DNA of 56,522 nucleotides, from assembly GCA_037478695.1 (NCBI GenBank), contig JBBFME010000001.1, forward strand, positions 1 through 56,522. Reading direction: 5' to 3'. Below the pieces are notes generated by a model, which was not told the origin of the DNA, searched no databases, and saw nothing but the letters and a program-made list of their open reading frames with translations. How positions within the stretch are numbered: the stretch's first letter is position 1; each line of letters starts with the position of its first letter. Positions 50,546-56,522 of this stretch are shown in pieces. Position numbers and translations under genes: made by a program. This DNA is from Pseudothermotoga sp. (GTDB taxonomy: Bacteria; Thermotogota; Thermotogae; Thermotogales; DSM-5069).

Positions 50546-51958
50546 TTGCCCTTGTTTGAAAAGATGACGATAGAAGATTGTCTGAACTCCGATAGAGAGA
50601 GATTGGTTGAGGAGTCTTTCGAAAGAATAAGAACTATCGATCCATTGATCAAAAGCTTCATCACGGTGACGCAAGAGGTTCAGTTCAGAGAAGGTCCTTA
50701 TAGGGGAATACCAATTGCCATCAAGGACAACATAACAACCAAAGGCTTGAGGACAACATGCGCTTCAAAGATACTCGAGAACTACATGCCACCGTACGAT
50801 GCAACGTGCGTCAAGAGACTGAAAGATTATGGTTTCGTCATCGTTGGCAAGACCAACATGGATGAGTTTGCAATGGGTTCGAGTACGGAGAGATCAGCCT
50901 TCTTCACAACGAGAAATCCTTGGGACACCCAGTGCGTACCAGGTGGAAGTAGTGGTGGTTCAGCTGCAGCAGTTGCGAGTGGGCAGGTCGTAGCTGCACT
51001 CGGAAGTGATACTGGTGGTTCGGTCAGGCAACCAGCCTCTTTCTGCGGAGTAGTTGGTTTCAAGCCGACCTACGGCTTGGTGTCCAGATACGGTTTAATT
51101 GCCTTCGCATCGTCCTTGGATCAGGTGGGACCGATAACAAAATCTGTAAGAGACGCCGCTTTAATAATGGACATCATAGCAGGAAGAGATCCTTTTGATT
51201 CAACGACTGTTTATAGGAAAATCGATTTCTTAAGTCAAATAGAAGAAGATATAGCTGGGATGAAGTTCGCCATTCCTGAAGAAGTCTATGAGTACGAACA
51301 GCTCGATGAGGAAGTTGCTCAGAGATTTGATGAAGCGATAAGACTTGCAGAAAAGCTTGGTGCCAGTGTACAGAGAGTTCGTATCCCTACAATCAAATTT
51401 GCCGTCGCAACGTACTATGTGATAGCACCAGCAGAAGCGAGTTCAAATCTTGCAAGGTATGATGGGGTGAAATATGGTTTGAGGGTGGAAGAAAATGGAC
51501 TCAAAGGTACCTATATGAAAACAAGAAATGTAGGTTTTGGTGAGGAGGTACGTCGTAGGATAGTCCTTGGTACCTTCACACTGAGCGCAGCTTATTACGA
51601 GGCATATTTCAACAAGGCTCAGAAGGTGAGAAGACTTCTTTCGAACGATGTGAATCAGGTTCTTGAGAAATTCGATGCCATTCTCACTCCGACTTCGCCC
51701 GTACCGGCTTTCAAAATAGGCTCGGTTTCAGATCCACTCACATATTATTTGATGGATGTCTTCACGGTACCTGCAAACTTGGTTGGTATTCCTGCTATAA
51801 GTATTCCGTTTGGGTTCGCGCACAACTTACCTGTAGGATTACAGATAATGGGTAAGAGGTTTGATGATGCAAAAGTACTCAGAATTGCGCGGAATTTCGA
51901 GAAGAAATCTGCATATAATGATAATGGAAGGATTCCCATGCCGGTGGTGAGAATATGA
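50546..51958 (+). CDS. gatA: Asp/Glu-tRNA amidotransferase subunit A
   Basis: [40 protein letters not shown]. Confidence 0.96.
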   Translation: MPLFEKMTIEDCLNSDRERLVEESFERIRTIDPLIKSFITVTQEVQFREGPYRGIPIAIKDNITTKGLRTTCASKILENYMPPYDATCVKRLKDYGFVIVGKTNMDEFAMGSSTERSAFFTTRNPWDTQCVPGGSSGGSAAAVASGQVVAALGSDTGGSVRQPASFCGVVGFKPTYGLVSRYGLIAFASSLDQVGPITKSVRDAALIMDIIAGRDPFDSTTVYRKIDFLSQIEEDIAGMKFAIPEEVYEYEQLDEEVAQRFDEAIRLAEKLGASVQRVRIPTIKFAVATYYVIAPAEASSNLARYDGVKYGLRVEENGLKGTYMKTRNVGFGEEVRRRIVLGTFTLSAAYYEAYFNKAQKVRRLLSNDVNQVLEKFDAILTPTSPVPAFKIGSVSDPLTYYLMDVFTVPANLVGIPAISIPFGFAHNLPVGLQIMGKRFDDAKVLRIARNFEKKSAYNDNGRIPMPVVRI

Positions 51959-53394
51959 GTTTTAGAACCGTAGTAGGGCTTGAAATACATGTTCAATTGC
52001 TGACCAAGACAAAGGCATTTTGTTCTTGCAGGGCAGATGTCTTCGAACTGCCCCCGAACACGGCAATATGCCCTGTTTGCACTGGTCAGCCAGGAGCCTT
52101 GCCGATTGTGAATTCTTCGATGATAGACTACGCCGTAAAGATAGCACTTGCGTTGAACTGTGTAATTCACGAATATTCGAGATTTGACAGAAAGAATTAC
52201 TTTTACCCAGATCTGCCGAAAGGTTATCAGATAACACAGTATTTCTATCCCATCGCGACAAATGGCTATCTCGATATAGATGTAGATGGGCAGACGAAGA
52301 GAGTCAGAATCAGAAGACTTCACATTGAAGAAGATGCAGGTAAGCTGATTCATGAAGGCGATTCGATAACACAAGCACAGTACTCCTTAGTTGACATGAA
52401 CAGGTGTGGAATACCACTGGTAGAAATAGTCACCGAACCAGATCTATCTTCACCCAAAGAAGCGAGAATATTCGTCGAAAAACTTCGTTCGATACTCAGA
52501 TACCTGGATGTCAGTAGTGGGGATATGGAAAAAGGTGCTCTACGATGCGATGCAAATATCTCTGTAATCGATGAACTCAGAGGCACTCAGAGCAACAGGG
52601 TAGAGGTCAAGAACATGAACTCCTTCAGGTTCATCGAGAAGGCACTTGAGTACGAGGAACAGAGGATAATAGAGGCTCTAAAAAACGGAGTAAACGTTGA
52701 AAAGGAAACAAGGGGCTGGGATCTCGCAACAAAGACAACTGTTTCCATGCGTGGCAAAGAAGAAGAAAGTGATTACAGATATTTCCCAGAGCCAGATATA
52801 CCTCCGGTAATCATTTCACAGAACAGAATTGAGCAAATCAGATCGACGCTGATAGAACTCCCCGATCAGAAAGTAGATAGATTTGTATCGCAGTACAAGA
52901 TTCCCAAATACGATGCAACTGTCTTGGCGGCGAATAAAGAAATTGCAGATTTTTACGAAGAATGTGTAAGACTCATTGATAAGCCCAAAGAGGTGAGTAA
53001 CTGGATCATGACGGAATTGCTCAGAGAGATGAAACAACTCGAAACAGAGCAAATAAACATATCTCCAGCGCATTTCGTTGAACTTTTCTCCTTGATGGAG
53101 AAAGGTGAAATCTCTATCAAGATGGCGAAAGAGATCTTTCCAGAGGTTTTCAGGACAGGGAAGATGCCAAGACAGATCGTCGAGGAAAAGGGCATGAAAC
53201 AGATCAGCGACGAAAAGCTCATAGAAGAGATTATAAGAAAGGCAATGACGCAGAATCCAAAGGCTGTAGAACAATATAAATCTGGAAAAACAAATATCTT
53301 AGGCTACTTCGTTGGTCAAGTGATGAAAGAGACAAAAGGTTCTGCCAATCCGCAGATTGTGAACGAGATTGCAAGGCGTCTGCTGGAGGGATAG
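51955..53394 (+). CDS. gatB: Asp/Glu-tRNA amidotransferase subunit B
   Basis: [41 protein letters not shown]. Confidence 0.97.
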   Translation: MSFRTVVGLEIHVQLLTKTKAFCSCRADVFELPPNTAICPVCTGQPGALPIVNSSMIDYAVKIALALNCVIHEYSRFDRKNYFYPDLPKGYQITQYFYPIATNGYLDIDVDGQTKRVRIRRLHIEEDAGKLIHEGDSITQAQYSLVDMNRCGIPLVEIVTEPDLSSPKEARIFVEKLRSILRYLDVSSGDMEKGALRCDANISVIDELRGTQSNRVEVKNMNSFRFIEKALEYEEQRIIEALKNGVNVEKETRGWDLATKTTVSMRGKEEESDYRYFPEPDIPPVIISQNRIEQIRSTLIELPDQKVDRFVSQYKIPKYDATVLAANKEIADFYEECVRLIDKPKEVSNWIMTELLREMKQLETEQINISPAHFVELFSLMEKGEISIKMAKEIFPEVFRTGKMPRQIVEEKGMKQISDEKLIEEIIRKAMTQNPKAVEQYKSGKTNILGYFVGQVMKETKGSANPQIVNEIARRLLEG

Positions 53395-53396
53395 CT

Positions 53397-54155
53397 TTGG
53401 AAAAGATAACGACGATTCTCATCGTGCTTGTGACATCTGTCTGTGTTGCAACACAATTTAACTTCTCAGGCGATCTTTACAACTCAATAGAGGTCGCCAA
53501 CCTTTTGGTAAATCTCAAGAAGGACGATCTGCAGATCGGCTTTCTCTACAAAGACAGTAGAGCGACATACACGAAACTCGGTTTTCTTAGAATGAAATCA
53601 TCGGATACAACGATATCCGTGGGTGGAAGCGTAGGCCGTTCATGGACAGCCCAGATGAGAGTCGAAGCAAATAGTTATGGACTTGCACCAGGGCAATATT
53701 ACTTTGATTTTGTGATTAGCCCAGAAAGGAGCTATAGTACCTTCAAAATCAGTCAGAAGGTATTCTTTGGTAACAACGTTCTGAATTTGAGTGATTACGA
53801 GAGAGTAGGCGATCCTTCAGCAGGCTTCACGAGGATATACGCACGTTTTCAAAACAGGGAAATAGGCGTATACAGACTCAACGAAGGTATCTTTGCAGGA
53901 TTCTTTCCGTACACTATTGGTCAGACAGGCGAGGAAGGTTTCTTCATGGGTGCAGGCTGGATGAATGGTTTCTCAGGCTTCTTCGCTTTTAGGAGTAGAT
54001 GGGTTTTGAGCAATTCTTCTATTTTTGTCGATCCTTTTGTGATAATTAAGACTGATTCAGCTGTCTTCGGCGTAAGAACTGAGATAGTAGGTCCTGTTCT
54101 CAAAGGTGATCTCTTGTTCACGGGCAGGCAGGTGTTTTTCAGTGTCTCATTCTGA
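53397..54155 (+). CDS. Hypothetical exported protein, possibly outer-membrane beta-barrel
   Basis: Fills the gap in the operon; signal peptide; alternating aromatic/Gly strands; terminal Phe. Confidence 0.6.
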   Translation: MEKITTILIVLVTSVCVATQFNFSGDLYNSIEVANLLVNLKKDDLQIGFLYKDSRATYTKLGFLRMKSSDTTISVGGSVGRSWTAQMRVEANSYGLAPGQYYFDFVISPERSYSTFKISQKVFFGNNVLNLSDYERVGDPSAGFTRIYARFQNREIGVYRLNEGIFAGFFPYTIGQTGEEGFFMGAGWMNGFSGFFAFRSRWVLSNSSIFVDPFVIIKTDSAVFGVRTEIVGPVLKGDLLFTGRQVFFSVSF

Positions 54156-55263
54156 AGGTTTTGGGCTTTACGTGCATATACCTTTTTGTGAGAGTCGTTG
54201 TTCGTACTGCGACTTTGTTTCGTTCACAGAGTTTTCACATCTTGATAGGTACTTTGACTGCCTTTGCCGTGAGTTAGCAATGTGGTCTGAGTCACTGAAC
54301 AAACCTGTCGTAGACACAGTTTATATCGGTGGGGGCACTCCAAGCGATGTGCCAACTGAATATCTTGGTAGATTGTTCGCTGTGATCGAGAAAGATTTCA
54401 AATTGATTAACCCCGAGATAACAATGGAAGTGAACCCGAAAGCTTGGCAGTTCAGTGAGCTCAGAACTCTTGGAGTAAACAGATTGAGCATAGGACTGCA
54501 AGCTGCTGACGACAATGTTTTGAAAGCCGTAAACAGAAGACATACTTTCGTAGACTTCCAAAGAACCTACGAGAAAGCCTGCAATCACTTTGAAAACATA
54601 AACATCGATTTCATTCTCGGTCTACCAAGAGAAACCGATAAAACAATATTGAACGATCTCAAAGTGCTGGAGACTTATAAGCCAAAACATGTGTCCGTCT
54701 ATATCCTTGAGATTGATACCGAAAAAAATGCGAACTTCAAAATAGATGAAGATCTCACAGCCATTCATCACGAGATTTTTTTGAGTGAACTTGAGAAGAT
54801 GGGTTATGTGAGATATGAGATATCCAATTTCTCCTTACCTGGTTATAGGTGTCGACACAACCTGAAGTACTGGCACAACGAGAATTACATAGGTGTTGGT
54901 GTTTCTGCTGGTGGACATGTTGGCACGAAAAGATACGTGAACACTTCCAATCTCTCGGAGTACTTTGAGAAGATAGAACGAGGTAACAATCCATTTGAGT
55001 ATTTTAGAGAAAACACGATTTATGAAGAACTGCGAGAAACACTCTTTATGGGTTTAAGGCTCTGTGAAGGTGTCGAGCTGGAGAAGCTGGAAAGACTCAA
55101 ACCGGAAATAGATTTCACAAGTTTGGTTGAGAGATTCCCAATGCAACTAATCTTGGAGAACGGTAGATTGAGAATGTCAAAGCTGGGTATGGATTTTTCA
55201 CATATGCTTTTCTCTGAAATATTGGGCGAGAATATCCTTTCGGGTGTGACTGGGGGTGAGTGA
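54142..55263 (+). CDS. hemW: Radical SAM heme chaperone HemW (HemN-like)
   Basis: LYVHIPFCESRCSYCDF, GGGTP, YEISNF, HNLKYW (HemW HNxxYW motif). Confidence 0.85.
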   Translation: MSHSEGFGLYVHIPFCESRCSYCDFVSFTEFSHLDRYFDCLCRELAMWSESLNKPVVDTVYIGGGTPSDVPTEYLGRLFAVIEKDFKLINPEITMEVNPKAWQFSELRTLGVNRLSIGLQAADDNVLKAVNRRHTFVDFQRTYEKACNHFENINIDFILGLPRETDKTILNDLKVLETYKPKHVSVYILEIDTEKNANFKIDEDLTAIHHEIFLSELEKMGYVRYEISNFSLPGYRCRHNLKYWHNENYIGVGVSAGGHVGTKRYVNTSNLSEYFEKIERGNNPFEYFRENTIYEELRETLFMGLRLCEGVELEKLERLKPEIDFTSLVERFPMQLILENGRLRMSKLGMDFSHMLFSEILGENILSGVTGGE

Positions 55264-55846
55264 GATGATTTTTGTGGAAAGCCTGGAAAAGTACAATCTC
55301 CACTACCCGGCAAATGTTGCAATCATTTGCTGCAAACATGAAGAGAGAACCAATTTAATGAGTGCCGCGTGGCACACACAACTTTCTCACGATCCGCCTT
55401 TGTATGGTGTGTCAATTTCTCCAAAGAGATTTACACACGATTTGGTGCTTGTTTCAAAGGAATTCACCGTGAATTTCTTGAGATTCGATCAGAGCCGTTT
55501 AGCTGCATTCGTTGGCAAAACATCAGGAAGAGACATCGACAAAATGAATGTTTTTGAGATAGATCTCTTCGATGGTAAGAATGTAAAAGTGCCTGTGCTC
55601 AAGAATGCTTATGCAGCGTATGAATGTAAACTCATCGATTTTCGTAAGACCGGTGATCATACCTTTTTCATCGGTAAGATAGTCGGAGTTCACTACGATC
55701 CCAATGCTTTCTCACCTTCTCTGAATGTTTTTCCGACTCTGTATTTGGGTTCTGATCTCTACGTTACCTTTGACCCAACGATGAAGCGTACGCATGACGA
55801 AAAGCAAGTGAAAGAATATCTTTCAAGATGGGTTCAAGGTGGGTGA
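55256..55846 (+). CDS. Flavin reductase family protein (flavoredoxin-like)
   Basis: NLMSAAW, PPLYGVSI, SGRDIDK, GDHTFFIG. Confidence 0.85.
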   Translation: MSEMIFVESLEKYNLHYPANVAIICCKHEERTNLMSAAWHTQLSHDPPLYGVSISPKRFTHDLVLVSKEFTVNFLRFDQSRLAAFVGKTSGRDIDKMNVFEIDLFDGKNVKVPVLKNAYAAYECKLIDFRKTGDHTFFIGKIVGVHYDPNAFSPSLNVFPTLYLGSDLYVTFDPTMKRTHDEKQVKEYLSRWVQGG

Positions 55847-55849
55847 AAG

Positions 55850-56522
55850 ATGAACAAGATCACATCGATACTTTCTCAGATAAATGAATCGCAGAATATA
55901 CTGGTATTAGGTCATGTAATGCCTGACGGAGACGACATAAGTAGTGTAGCATCTTTGACTATGGCATTAAGACAACTTCATAAGGACTCCATTGGGGCAA
56001 TTGATTCATCAATTCCAGAGTACTACCATGTTTTTTACGGTGTCGACCAATTGATTTCTTATGAAGAGTACTCTGACTTTTCGCCTGACCTAATTGCTGT
56101 CTTGGATTGCTCATCACCTGACAGGGTTGGTCGATTTGACAGTTTGCTGACACAGTACAAAACTGTTGTGATAGATCACCATGCCACAAACACATTGTTT
56201 GGAGGTACAAACTGGGTTGATAGTTCTTATGCAGCCACTGCTCAGATGGTGTATACTTTGAACAAGGCGCTTGGTGTGGTCTATGATTCGCAGCTTGCAA
56301 CTGTCAATTACCTTGGTATGGCAACCGACACCGGTTTTTTCAGATTTTCCAACACAGATGAAAGAGTTTTTCAAGATGCTGCTGAACTCGTCAAAATGGG
56401 TGCAAAGCCACACTTTGTTGCCACAACAATTCTGGAGAATAAGCGACTTCCTCTTGATTTTCGCAGTCATGGTATTTCTCGGTGGAGTTCTGAAAGCAGA
56501 ACAAATGAGATTTCACAGGAAA
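55850..56522 (+). CDS. DHH-family phosphoesterase (NrnA-like), partial
   Basis: Not in the ORF track because it has no stop in the window. Manual translation MNKITS..GHVMPDGDD..LDC..IDHH..TDTGFFRF; similarity appears to end near 56449. Confidence 0.85.
   Translation, partial: MNKITSILSQINESQNILVLGHVMPDGDDISSVASLTMALRQLHKDSIGAIDSSIPEYYHVFYGVDQLISYEEYSDFSPDLIAVLDCSSPDRVGRFDSLLTQYKTVVIDHHATNTLFGGTNWVDSSYAATAQMVYTLNKALGVVYDSQLATVNYLGMATDTGFFRFSNTDERVFQDAAELVKMGAKPHFVATTILENKRLPLDFRSHGISRWSSESRTNEISQE

Noticed and set aside
50546-53394. gatC missing next to gatAB
   Set aside because: An unlinked gatC is common and the rest of the genome is not visible.
75-56470. Numerous short antisense or overlapping ORFs in the track
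   Set aside because: They are shadows of well-supported genes on the opposite strand or in another frame.
1-56522. CRISPR arrays, IS/transposases, integrases, tRNA/rRNA
   Set aside because: No spaced repeats, transposase motifs or structural RNA signatures were seen by eye; cmscan and tRNAscan were not run.

Overview
Bacterial chromosomal window, most likely Thermotogota (Thermotoga/Pseudothermotoga-like). This assignment comes from recalled protein resemblance and gene content, not from a database search. About 1.4-36.9 kb is an L-arabinose/plant-glycan catabolic island. It contains an AraR-type regulator, araD, four ABC importers, GH127, two GH51s, a GH10-like enzyme, a fucose-isomerase-family isomerase and an FGGY kinase. 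Five sigma70-like promoters in the island carry an adjacent palindromic TGTACGTACA-type operator. The most striking part is an apparently AraR-controlled operon (7.1-18.1 kb) that links twin sugar-binding proteins, a GH127 beta-L-arabinofuranosidase, an atypical Xaa-Pro peptidase and a HypD-type glycyl-radical hydroxyproline dehydratase with its activase. This is a candidate pathway for anaerobic breakdown of arabinosylated hydroxyproline (extensin/HRGP) glycopeptides. The rest is mostly housekeeping: gnd, a liv-type ABC system, two rhomboids, a divergent PEPCK, an HD-GYP sensor gene split by one in-frame TAG, mnmA, gatAB, hemW, a flavin reductase and a partial DHH phosphoesterase. No rRNA, tRNA, CRISPR array or IS element was recognised.
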